Below are positions 54,162-64,000 of a stretch of 64,000 nucleotides of DNA, piece after piece. Origin of the DNA: Nematocida ausubeli (Eukaryota); the NCBI RefSeq assembly GCF_000738915.1, contig NW_026515635.1:558001-622000 (forward strand), given 5' to 3'. The translations under genes were made by a program, and so were the position numbers. The notes under the pieces were generated by a model. The model did not search any database. It had not been told where the DNA came from and was given only the letters and a program-made list of their open reading frames with translations. How positions within the stretch are numbered: position 1 is the stretch's first letter; the number at the start of each line of letters is the position of its first letter.

Positions 54162-56547
54162 GATGCCCAAGGCAAGAAGTGCCAATTGTGCAAGACGTGC
54201 CATATAATTTAATGAAGCTCCATGTTGTTAAAAGTTTAATGGTACAAAAGATACCTTTCTCTTGGAATATAGAATAAAGTATACACGCGCTTATTTGGGC
54301 TAGAGTTTAATATTGGGCTGCAATATAAGAGATATTAAGTGGCGTACGAAGGCTCTTAGGCTATTTATAATATGCGCGTTTTACGAAGGACTCCCACAAA
54401 TTAAAGCTTATTTAATTAGTCTCTTTATAGAGATATTGTTTCTATTTTCATTTTAGGTTATATTAATATTTTATTTCTGAGAGGCGCATAGTTATATGGT
54501 AGATGGAGGTATATGCATGCACTCCAGAGGACTTTCTTCTGTACAATGTCATTATGTAGTATATATAGAATCTGCATGCATCAGATAGAATATCTAGACA
54601 AAAGGAATTTTCTTAAACGTAGAGCACATTCGTTTTAGCTTTAAGAATATTTCTCGCAGCAGCTCTTCGTATAGTTTGTTTTGATGCTTTGTGCTTCTTT
54701 AATTTAATTGCATGTGTCTTTATTTGGATTATGGTTGCATATTTATGAAATGCGCTTATTCTACTCATGCTAATTTTAATACTTCTTTATTTTTTGGAAC
54801 TTTCTAATAGAGGCTCTTTTATGTCATTATAAGTGAAAAGTTATAATAAAGCAATTGCGCCATTGGGGGCTAAGATATATAGCTTCTAAGAATATAAAGA
54901 AGTTTATGTAAAGGATGCATATTCATTTATGGATGCAATATTTCTTGCTAAATATATAGACTAAAAGACTGTGGCAAAACTCGTTTATCTTAGAATACAC
55001 TATGCTTTCAAGAAGTATCTATATAGAATTATATGGTTTATAGCTCTTTTCCTATATTCTACATGTTCATATGGCAATTAATATTAACTACATAGCACCC
55101 TGCAGATTAGAAGCACGAAAAAGCGTAGATGGCTTCTCAAATATACGTCAGCACAGTCTTGGTCCTTGCTGTTTGATTTTGTACTGCAGCCACCTATTTG
55201 GTCTTGAATAAGCCTTGTACTTTTAGAATGGCATCTATTCTATAATTTTATAAATAGAAAAGACTGATATTAGCAGGTCAAATTAATAAATATTTATAAA
55301 TATATCTCTTTGGCTGGGTGCCCTATTATTGTAACAGTGCAAAATCCATGGAGGTAAATATATACTTATAGAGATTCTTATCAACAATTTTTGTAAGCAC
55401 TCAAGCAGTGCTTTCCGCACGCCCTGCTTTTATAGATCCTCTGAGTATAGCAATAGATTCTTTGAGTGATATAAATGGTAGTAATATTGTTCTAAAGTCT
55501 TCAGAAAGTTTTTAACTACAAAACATGAACACTTTACATTATTTTGTAGTAAAGCAGGTTTACAGACTTTTCAAACTACAATGCTATTGACCCCATAATT
55601 TAAATAAAGTGGTTAACACGGAGATTTAGATAAAACAACCCCAATGCTTATCCTCAATCATGTATGATTCAAGATACAGGAAAGCTATAAAAGAAGTGGC
55701 ATAAAGAGTAGCAATAATATTCTATTGGTAACATTATAGTAATATTAAAGCACTTGTTTCAAGAATTTAATAAAGCAGATTATTATAACATTAAGTTCTA
55801 TACCATGGAGGTTTCCTTAAGAATTCGGGGTGTGTACAGAGTAGTCAGGAAGTGAATTAGCTTCCCAAAAGAGCCCATTATTTCGAGTTATTTCGGGTTA
55901 TATTCCAAAATCCATCCAATTAAATAGTTTGGTTTTAATTTAATTTAGCACTATTATCAAAACAAACAAACAAACAAATTAATTACCGCGTTAATAAACA
56001 ATATTACTACTATATTGTTGCCAATGCCATATATGGCATGAGATTATAGCCAAAGTGAATATTACTTTGCATGCGTAGAAGAGCAATTTTCTTGCCACAA
56101 AGCTACACTTGTTTCTATCCCAAGCCTGTTGCATAACACAATAAAAGAAGCAAAAAGGCTGCTCCTATTCTGGGTTTGTGCACATAAAGCATATAATGCA
56201 TTGCAGCAGTATTATCTTTGGCTGAGGCGTGCAATGTAAAGCGGCGTGTTTAACCTATTCTTGCGCGCAGTTTATATATACATATACAACCAAGCAAGTG
56301 TTTCTATACTTAACAGCAGCTATTTTATAGAAGCATCTTTTTGATAGATATTTGAAATAAATATTATGCTAGTGCGTAAAAGCAGCATTACCCATTTTGG
56401 AACTTGCCGCAAGTGTATAAATTAATATTTCATTCGACAAATTGGGCGAGGCTCTTTCCAAATATGGCTTAATTAAACTTTACTATTTGACATATATGAG
56501 CAATATGAATGCTAATATAAATATTATTGTAAACAAACAAAAGAGTG

Positions 56548-57840
56548 ATGGATGAGAAGAAGAGATACGCATGGCTGGAAATGTATTCAACCAAGAACAA
56601 CACAATGATATACGATGATCTTCATGTAACAGAACCATTTAATGAGTTCTTTGAGGGTGTATTGAAGATAAGTCCAAGTTTAAATATAAAAATGTTTTAC
56701 ATTACGTCTCTGCATATAATAGGTCTACTAACCATACAGAGGCGGATACAAAGAGCAATGGCTCGGAAGGAGCCCATTACAGAAAGAGAAAATGGTATTC
56801 TAAACTTGCGCACAAGCGAGCTATTCTGGCCTGTCACAGAAAATATTCCAAAGGCCTTTTCATTTGCTTTAGTTCCAGAGCTCTCTGTGCCCAAGGAGTT
56901 CTATTTGGACTTAGAGGAGATCTTGTCTGAAATTGTCAAATTAAAAAAAATGAACAACTTTTCGCAGATTGAGTATGCTCAATACAAGATACTCGTCCGT
57001 GCGCTGACAAATGAGGAGGTGCGCAACCGATACTCTTTTTTCAAAGACAGATTTTCGTACCAAGTTCTGCAGCCGGTGTTCAAAATGTTTATGCGAATGA
57101 AAAAGAACGTCATTGCAGAGAGCTACTACAGAACCTATGAAATGGCATACTTCCTAAATCTGTACTACAAAGAGCGATTCTTCAATAACCCGCAGCCTAT
57201 TGCCATGTGCGACATAGACTTTTTGGTAGAGACAGAAGGTGGCAGAAAGGATGGCATGACGCTAGGCCCGGATAGCAGTGAAGACTATGAAAAGCGAGTT
57301 ATAGATAGAAAGTTTGTGCTGATTATGCATGCGCTAATCAACAAATTTATGAAGCAAGCAAACATTTCAAAAAAAGTGGAAATATACACAGTAAACATAC
57401 TACAGATTTTTCTGCAGAAAGAACAGCTGCTTGGATACTTTAAGGACTTCTCGGCTGAAGTTCTTATCATTGGGTTCACATACATAGCTCTCAAGGTACA
57501 CAAAAAGTACTTGCCTATTCAAAAGATACATGAGATATATAGAACACTTGGGTTTATTCGCCCGTTTTACATAGAAGAGAACCGAAGACTGCGCATTACA
57601 ATAGAGGAGGTGATTAAGAATCTGGTTGTAAAGACATATAATATTCTTCTACCATCGATACTTAAGAATCTCACGCTCAAGCCAACGACAACACCAAAAA
57701 GCGAAAGGGTGGCAGAGGAATCGCCATCTATAAAATACGTGCTGTCCCCGCTTCCAGGAAGAATGAGCAAAATTATTCCAGTTCCAACCACATCAAAAAA
57801 GATTCTGTTTCAAGAGAAGGAGGCAGAGGAAATACTGTAA
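56548..57840 (+). CDS. Divergent retinoblastoma-like pocket protein candidate
   Basis: QYKILVRALTNEEVR resembles RB-A YY+VhE.hL..EE.RL; RKF..., IIGFTYIALKV...IHEIYR...TYN resembles RB-B; the tail has YVLSPL and KKILF. Confidence 0.5.
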   Translation: MDEKKRYAWLEMYSTKNNTMIYDDLHVTEPFNEFFEGVLKISPSLNIKMFYITSLHIIGLLTIQRRIQRAMARKEPITERENGILNLRTSELFWPVTENIPKAFSFALVPELSVPKEFYLDLEEILSEIVKLKKMNNFSQIEYAQYKILVRALTNEEVRNRYSFFKDRFSYQVLQPVFKMFMRMKKNVIAESYYRTYEMAYFLNLYYKERFFNNPQPIAMCDIDFLVETEGGRKDGMTLGPDSSEDYEKRVIDRKFVLIMHALINKFMKQANISKKVEIYTVNILQIFLQKEQLLGYFKDFSAEVLIIGFTYIALKVHKKYLPIQKIHEIYRTLGFIRPFYIEENRRLRITIEEVIKNLVVKTYNILLPSILKNLTLKPTTTPKSERVAEESPSIKYVLSPLPGRMSKIIPVPTTSKKILFQEKEAEEIL

Positions 57841-57880
57841 AGATAAATCGAATAAATAAAGTTACATAAAAAAGTTTTAC

Positions 57881-58267
57881 ATGGAGAGGCCTCACAAATT
57901 GTTGTTTACACACAAAGAGCATTTTATTGGCCAAATTGAAGATGCTCTTGGAAAGAAAGTTCTCTTAAGGCGATCAACCGATGGATTGATCACTGTAAAT
58001 ACAGAAGAGTTGCATGTATGCACCTTAAGCGATGTACCAAAAGAGTTTCTTGACAATGCCTTCTTAGTTAGCGTGTGCACAGAGTTGATAAATCAGAACG
58101 AATACCAGCATCTTTTTATCTCTTGGAGTATAGAAGATGAGTACAGCTTATATTTTATTCTATTTATGGAAAAGTTTTGTAGGTACCGAAACATAAAGAT
58201 ACACTGCTCGTATAGCATAGAAAAAGAGTTTATGCGAATAAAAAATAGCATGGCAAAAAACTGGTAA
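57881..58267 (+). CDS. Hypothetical protein
   Basis: 128-aa ORF starting 40 bp after the previous stop; globular-looking composition. Confidence 0.65.
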   Translation: MERPHKLLFTHKEHFIGQIEDALGKKVLLRRSTDGLITVNTEELHVCTLSDVPKEFLDNAFLVSVCTELINQNEYQHLFISWSIEDEYSLYFILFMEKFCRYRNIKIHCSYSIEKEFMRIKNSMAKNW

Positions 58268-58982
58268 GTATATAGGTAATTGCACATATACATAGAAGAC
58301 AAAACTCTTTGAATATAGAAATAGATGATTTAAGAGGAGTATCTAAGTAAAAACGGCAAGGCTGCGTAAAGGCATTGTGCGTATGTATGTCACTTATGAA
58401 AGTATGCGTTTAATAAATAGAGAACAATAGATATATATGCATTCTTATTTCTACTGCATCTGTATATTTAGAAGCTGTTTTCTTATTCTGACCCATGTGT
58501 TTGGTTTGTGTCTTGAGTAGTTGCGGGCTACAGTTTGGAGCTGTTTTGGATTTTGCATGTTTGAGGCTTTTGTCTAGCCATAGCCATTTAGTATTCCATG
58601 CTATAGTATAATGCAAGTACTCTATGGAGAAATGTATATGTGCAGATGCATCTGCAAAGAATATTTAGGCAAAACTCGATCCTATCTATGGACAGAGATT
58701 AGGGTAGGCTGTGCAAACGCATCAAGATAAACTCATGCTACCCAGTCTATGTGTATATGAAATATAAGAATCTCTCAAATATCTTTATATAGCCCAAAGC
58801 CTACTGCATCACTGAGGGTATTCTTCATGCAATAAAATAAAAAATAGCTACGTAGAATACTGCAGTACATCATAAATCGACCACAGAGTAGTTTATTTAC
58901 TTTGCAGAAAGCCATGCATAGTGTGCAGGTGCTCCATACAGAAGGCATCCTTTCAAAGGACTCAATGGTGTGCTGGAAATAC

Positions 58983-60116
58983 TTATTTTGAGTATTTCTT
59001 TGAATCCTTTCTGGACATTGTTACCTTATTACGGGATCCTTTGCCTCCCTCCCAAAATGAAGATGCTTTGCCGGTAAGAGAGGCTTTACATATGCTGCTC
59101 CCACAGACAGGGCTAACAGGCCCTTCAACACCGCACTTTCCGCATATCATCCGTGAAGCTCTCTCTGCAGCATGCGACTCGTGCTTATTATGGCACACAT
59201 CGCAAGCATATCTTGTGTTGCAGCATGGAAATATGAATATTCTACTAGATTTCTTGTAGTGCTCGCAGGTTCCTCCAGTTTTCAAAAGAGCAGGAACGTC
59301 CCCCTTTGCAGGCATACTGCGAGATGTGAGATTCTGGTGTATAACTTCCATAAACGGGTTTGATCTATCCTGCATCACCTCTAGCATGCACCCGCAAGAG
59401 CACTGGTGTTTTTTGTTTAGATCCAGAAGAGACACTGCACTGCATTCGCTGCAAATACAATTTATTGCAAGCGAGCGTATGGACGCGTTATATAGACCTG
59501 AGCACTCAAGCCGCATGATATTATTTCTATTTTCGCCTTCTGGCACAATCAAATGAAAGGAGCTGTCAATTGTCAGAAGGCCAGTGCATTTAATGCAGTT
59601 AAACCTGGTCTTTGTATTCTTCTTTATGTCCATATCATCTCCTCCCACTGTCTTTATATTTAAAGTATTGCACCGCTTGCAGAATACAGAGAGAACTGCT
59701 TTATTAATTTTAAATGCCTGCACGTGTTTTGCTATATACTTAAATGAAATGTAGTTTCCTTCCTTAATAGGGGTGCTGGCTATGTCTAGGTGCACAGCTT
59801 TCTGCTCCTTTGGCTTCATCTCTATTTCTACAACGGGCTTGCCGGATAGCACGCTTTCTATCTGCTGGAAGACCATGTCTGCATACTCCTGGTATGTCAT
59901 TTTATTCCGCACCCGTATGTACCCCACTGACACATTCAATTCAATTGCCCTGCTGTTTATATCTAAAATGCTGACTGTGTCTTTTCGGTAGCTATACTGA
60001 AAGCGCACTGAAGAGATGTCGTATGGGAAGTCTTTATCCGTTATGGGGTATGTTCCGACTACACACTCTACGCATGAATCTGCGTTTGGACTGCTTGGGT
60101 CAATTGGTGCCCACAT
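58983..60116 (-). CDS. CHY-type zinc-finger protein
   Basis: GTCEHYKKS.R.F.FPCC...YACDVCH...H...RMICGKC; C-terminal FWEGGKG.R.K..MSRKD.KKY; additional CxxC pairs. Confidence 0.85.
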   Translation of the reverse strand: MWAPIDPSSPNADSCVECVVGTYPITDKDFPYDISSVRFQYSYRKDTVSILDINSRAIELNVSVGYIRVRNKMTYQEYADMVFQQIESVLSGKPVVEIEMKPKEQKAVHLDIASTPIKEGNYISFKYIAKHVQAFKINKAVLSVFCKRCNTLNIKTVGGDDMDIKKNTKTRFNCIKCTGLLTIDSSFHLIVPEGENRNNIMRLECSGLYNASIRSLAINCICSECSAVSLLDLNKKHQCSCGCMLEVMQDRSNPFMEVIHQNLTSRSMPAKGDVPALLKTGGTCEHYKKSSRIFIFPCCNTRYACDVCHNKHESHAAERASRMICGKCGVEGPVSPVCGSSICKASLTGKASSFWEGGKGSRNKVTMSRKDSKKYSK

Positions 60117-60148
60117 TTACAAAATAATATTATTTTTGCAGAAAACAT

Positions 60149-61597
60149 ATGGATACATGTGAGTTTATTGAGGACCAGGATACCCAACAGGTATACGAAG
60201 AGCTTTTTAAGAAAACTGCCGAGCAGGAGAGAAGGTATAACGAAATAGAAAGCAAAATCAACAACGAAATAATTCGGCTTCTGATTATAGAGCAGGAGAC
60301 GATTGAAAAGGACAAGCAGATTCTAAAGAGCGAGATAGAGCACCTGGAGCAGGAGAAGGAAGCTAGAAAAGAGGCAGAAAACGAAGTGCATGCAAGAAAG
60401 AAGGAAACAGAAGAGAAAGAAAAACAGCTGAAAGAAACACTTAAATCCAAGAAAGAAATGGAAAAGCAGCTGCAGGATCTGCAGAATACGCTAGAGGTAT
60501 TCAAGGAGAGAATGTCGCAGGAGACCGAGGAAGAGCAGAAGCGAAAGGAGGAAATAGCCCAAATCAAATCGAAAGAAAAGCAGCTGATTCAAGATCTAAA
60601 AGAAAAAGAAAAGGTGGTTGCGCAGAAGGAGGCTGAGTTGAAACAGGAAGTTGAAAGTAAGAGGCGAGAAATTGATCGGGCAGAGGCCCTTTCCAAGGAA
60701 ATAGCGGAAGCCCAGGCCGAGCTAAGCAAGCGAGAGAAAGAAATTCAAGAGAAAGAACAGGAAATATCCCAGTTTGAGCAGACTCTGAAAGAGGTAAAAA
60801 GGCTGAAGGAGAAAAGAGAGGAGGAGACGTACGAAAAGGAGCGGAATTTAAAAAGAAAAGTATCAGAGCTGGAAGAAAGGATCAAAACCACACCGGAGTG
60901 CACCGCGTCAATTAGTGAAGAGATAAATAGACTGAAAATAGAAAGTGAAATAAGTAAGGCAAAAGTTGAGGAAAAGTCCAAGACAATAGAAATACTGCAG
61001 AGCACAATACAAAGATTAGAGTCTCTATTTTCCAAGCAGATGGAGTACACCATGGTCAATCTTCCAAAGACAAGCTCACCCGTGCAAGCAGAAAGCATTG
61101 AGAGCCCAAGATCTTCCGCAGGCAGAAGTAAGGCAAAGAGTGCAGCAAATGAGCACGCCGATGATAAGAAAGCAAATTCAGTTGAGGCTCAAGAAAAGGA
61201 AGATGAAAGTGATGATGCGGTTCGTATGAAGGAAAATGCTCCAAAAAAGGAAATTCTTACCAAAGAGAAAGAAGCAGCCACCCGAAGTATTCCTACACCA
61301 AGAGCTCTTTCAAAAGAAAAGGTGCCTAAGGCAGCTGCAAAGCAGCCGGCAAAAAGAAAGGGAAAGGGCGAGCTGGTGGATATAAAAAAGGAAATGGCAA
61401 AGCAGGCACAGGCGAGAGAAATAAAGAAGCTGAAGGAGTCGTCTGACACTGAAAGCGATTCAAAGGACAAGAAAGACTTTAGTACCCTCTTTGGAAAGAA
61501 AAAACCCAAAACTGTTTTCACAGGCCGCCCGGAGGCGTCTTCCTTCTTTGCAAATTTATCATTTTCAGACTATGAGCCAGATACATCCGAGAGGTAA
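60149..61597 (+). CDS. Long coiled-coil protein with disordered C-terminus
   Basis: ~300 aa E/K-rich heptad region followed by a S/K/E-rich tail. Confidence 0.8.
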   Translation: MDTCEFIEDQDTQQVYEELFKKTAEQERRYNEIESKINNEIIRLLIIEQETIEKDKQILKSEIEHLEQEKEARKEAENEVHARKKETEEKEKQLKETLKSKKEMEKQLQDLQNTLEVFKERMSQETEEEQKRKEEIAQIKSKEKQLIQDLKEKEKVVAQKEAELKQEVESKRREIDRAEALSKEIAEAQAELSKREKEIQEKEQEISQFEQTLKEVKRLKEKREEETYEKERNLKRKVSELEERIKTTPECTASISEEINRLKIESEISKAKVEEKSKTIEILQSTIQRLESLFSKQMEYTMVNLPKTSSPVQAESIESPRSSAGRSKAKSAANEHADDKKANSVEAQEKEDESDDAVRMKENAPKKEILTKEKEAATRSIPTPRALSKEKVPKAAAKQPAKRKGKGELVDIKKEMAKQAQAREIKKLKESSDTESDSKDKKDFSTLFGKKKPKTVFTGRPEASSFFANLSFSDYEPDTSER

Positions 61598-62610
61598 AGC
61601 CAAAGCTGAATTCACTGAATACCAATATGATAGATACAGTGAGAATTGCATGCATAGAAATAATAACAACTGTACATTTTCATCATGTTTACTTAATTAT
61701 TTATTTCTTTTCTAAACAGTGTATGTGTATTAGACCACTTGCCTAGCACGTATGAAAGAGAATAATAGTATGGCCGCTATAGTCTTTTTGATCTTTTTAG
61801 AGGTGCATTGGCGTTTAAATTCAGTTCATATCCCCATCTAACATAAAACTCTCCATGTATTATATATCTATCCTAATTATATAAGCTTTTATATGCAACC
61901 TTGCATCTTGAATGTTTTATGCAGCGAGACTCTATAGGCATGCATACTTATTTTTCAATCGCATACTAGAGTCAGCATTTTCTAAGTAATATAACCTGAA
62001 TATATATAGAGAATGCCTGCTATATATAGCTACTGTAAATATATATTAAATACTCTGATATACACGCTGCTTAGCCTGCAAATCTAAGAACTAGCGTCTC
62101 TTTACCATAAAGAACCTGGTATCTTTCATATATAATCGTTATTTATTTTGTATATATTTGTAAAATCTCCGCTTAGTGCTATAACCTGATTGAATACCTG
62201 TGTGCTCATAATAATCCATAGAATACATTTTCCAGACAAAATATAGCAAACCATCATGCAGCCAATAAATAGTTAGTATTTATACGTACAATTAGGATAT
62301 ATGGAGAAGAATCTTCTAATAAAGGCCACTATTAGCATACCAGTATGCATGTACATTTCTAGTATAGAAAATATACTTTCTGTCTTTTTCTTTTATATGC
62401 CTTGATTGTCTTTCTCTTTCTTTGTTCTAAAGCTAGCTAAGAAATTAGCACATATTGTAAACAACACATAGGCAAACTCTGCCTCTAGCAATTAAAAGTA
62501 TTAAAAAAGATGCATTCGTATCCTCTTGAAGATTTTTCAAGAAAAGCATATGCATACAACTAGAATACAGAAAACAACTGTAGCACACAATGAAAGCACG
62601 TTAGTTAGCC

Positions 62611-63186
62611 CTATCTGCCTTTTGACAGAAGCTTTTGCATTGATATATGCGGTATTAGGTATTCTTTTATCTTTCTAAACTCATAGAATGTAAGGTTGTT
62701 CATTCCAATTACTGAAGTATCTATAAACTCGATTCCTTTCAGAAGCTTTTTCAGCCGGATCTCTTTAAGCTGTTTGATAAGCATTTTTATCTCTCCAACG
62801 CTTTCTGTTATGTCGCAGCTTTCTAGACACACCTCAGCATTCTCAAATATGTACATGCTAATATGCGAGAACTCCTCTACAGATATCTCCTCGCGCTCCA
62901 CCGCCCTCTGTAGATACCGCACCCCAAGCCACTCTGGTGGCTGTATTGTGCATAGAAGAGAGTGCTTGAGGAAGAGCGCCACGTACAGAGGAACACTGAC
63001 TGGTGCCATAGGAAAGAAGGGGCCAAAAGACCCAACTGCCATTTCCAGCTTATCCATGCCAACGAGCGGAATTATAATGACCCGCTCGCTCTGGGCCAGC
63101 ATTCTCTCGGCCTCCCTTTCTCGACTTATGCGCTGTTCTGTATTTCCTGTTATTTCGTCTGAGCTTCTTAATAGTCCATATGCCAT
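62611..63186 (-). CDS. PSF2: GINS complex subunit Psf2
   Basis: FGPF.P..PVSVPLYVALFLK...C.IQPPEWL; LKEIRLKKL; NNLTFYE. Confidence 0.92.
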   Translation of the reverse strand: MAYGLLRSSDEITGNTEQRISREREAERMLAQSERVIIIPLVGMDKLEMAVGSFGPFFPMAPVSVPLYVALFLKHSLLCTIQPPEWLGVRYLQRAVEREEISVEEFSHISMYIFENAEVCLESCDITESVGEIKMLIKQLKEIRLKKLLKGIEFIDTSVIGMNNLTFYEFRKIKEYLIPHISMQKLLSKGR

Positions 63187-63202
63187 GGTAAAATAATTTT
63201 CA

Positions 63203-63517
63203 ATGGGAAGACAAGAGCCAATCTATATGAAATTTATAAGAAGAAGCCAGGAAAGAAAAAGAGAGCGCGAGGGCCTGCTTCTAGCCAGCGTATCAACAAG
63301 TCTTAAGAAGAGTATTGGATACACAATCCTTCTAAACATGGGATGGAATACAGATGAGGGGCTTGGGAAGAATAAAGACGGAAGAACTACAATTAATGGA
63401 CTGGTTCAGCAAAAAAAAAGAGTGAAAGCACGATCCCCATACCAAATGGACTATAAAGCTGCGGAGGAGGAATATAACGCGCTTCTAAAGGAAAAGGCTG
63501 CGCTCAACAAAGGATAG
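63203..63517 (+). CDS. Small G-patch domain protein
   Basis: SIGYTILLNMGWNTDEGLGKNKDGRTT matches the G-patch consensus. Confidence 0.85.
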   Translation: MGRQEPIYMKFIRRSQERKREREGLLLASVSTSLKKSIGYTILLNMGWNTDEGLGKNKDGRTTINGLVQQKKRVKARSPYQMDYKAAEEEYNALLKEKAALNKG

Positions 63518-63587
63518 ACCCGTAAACGATAAAGAGTCAGAAACTGGCCTTTAGCTATTAGAAAGTGCATTAGCTAAATATTTTTAT

Positions 63588-64000
63588 ATGAAAGGGAAGC
63601 AGCGAAATACGCCATTCAGAAGGGAGAGCCCTCCAAGTAAAAATGCCTGCTATGACAACTTTATGACACAGAAAGAAAAAGACTTTGTGGCCTCTCTATT
63701 TGAAAGAACTATTAGAAAGAAAGAAAGAGTTTGCCCAGACTTCTACACACAGGAGAGAGTGCCAAGGCCTGATTGGCGGAAAAAGGAAAGTTCCGAGGAA
63801 GAGTCGCTCTTTGAAGGCGTGCTGGGGATGGCCATTCGAAAGTCAACCAAAAAATCCGTAACAGCCAAGGATAAAAATGAAAGCAGCAGAATATTGATTA
63901 AAAAGCTGATATCAAGAGGCAAAATAGAGGAGATATATGATATGTTGAACTTTTCTGAAATATTCATAGACGCGCCAGAAAAAGAAGAGGGCGCTTCACA
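63588..64000 (+). CDS. PAT1: Pat1 decapping activator (3'-partial; absent from the ORF track)
   Basis: Translates MKGKQRN...YDNFMTQKEKDFVASL...PDFYTQ...FEGVLG...KIEEIYDML, matching the Pat1 middle-domain motifs (Y..LM..++KD+v, DFY.Q, FEG.LG, IE..Y). Confidence 0.75.
   Translation, partial: MKGKQRNTPFRRESPPSKNACYDNFMTQKEKDFVASLFERTIRKKERVCPDFYTQERVPRPDWRKKESSEEESLFEGVLGMAIRKSTKKSVTAKDKNESSRILIKKLISRGKIEEIYDMLNFSEIFIDAPEKEEGAS

Noticed and set aside
55340..55800. Possible pseudogene in the long gap between Pus10 and the Rb-like gene
   Set aside because: Only short interrupted frames with no recognisable homology.
55959..55978. (AAAC)n microsatellite
   Set aside because: Only ~5 units; ordinary simple repeat.
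15..63967. Numerous antisense/nested ORFs in the track (e.g. 50576-51148, 51710-52324, 11329-11934, 60130-60567, 62696-63196)
   Set aside because: They are shadows of real genes on the opposite strand or in another frame, with no independent motifs.
1..64000. tRNA, rRNA and intact transposons
   Set aside because: None recognised by eye; tRNAscan-SE and Infernal were not run, so small RNAs could be missed.

Overview
Eukaryotic, AT-rich, gene-dense DNA with no evident introns, most consistent with a microsporidian of the genus Nematocida. This is inferred from highly divergent fungal-like housekeeping proteins, very short intergenic gaps, CCC/GGG-type motifs just before ATGs, and three members of a large secreted-protein family matching my recollection of the Nematocida large gene families. 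Housekeeping genes: POT peptide transporter, RPS18, TFIIB, Erv-type oxidase, RPL19, Bfr2-like, Rad2/XPG, PTP, septin, TBCC, alpha-COP, F-box/WD40, Dcp2, aminopeptidase P, Rmp1-like, ER Hsp70, Pus10, CHY-finger protein, Psf2, G-patch protein and partial Pat1. A ~16 kb island (19.9-36.2 kb) holds only orphan membrane proteins and large-family paralogues. Highlights: (1) a ~1.3 kb ORF-free locus at ~42.0-43.3 kb with many nested helices, one arm enclosing an 8-unit TTAAACTCATC array, which is a candidate undescribed long structured ncRNA; (2) a single-pass protein carrying PSAP, PTAP, PPxY, LPxY and RVxF motifs; (3) a very divergent retinoblastoma-like pocket protein; (4) a strongly over-represented intergenic motif ATAACCCGA. 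All assignments are by eye from motifs; no database searches were run.
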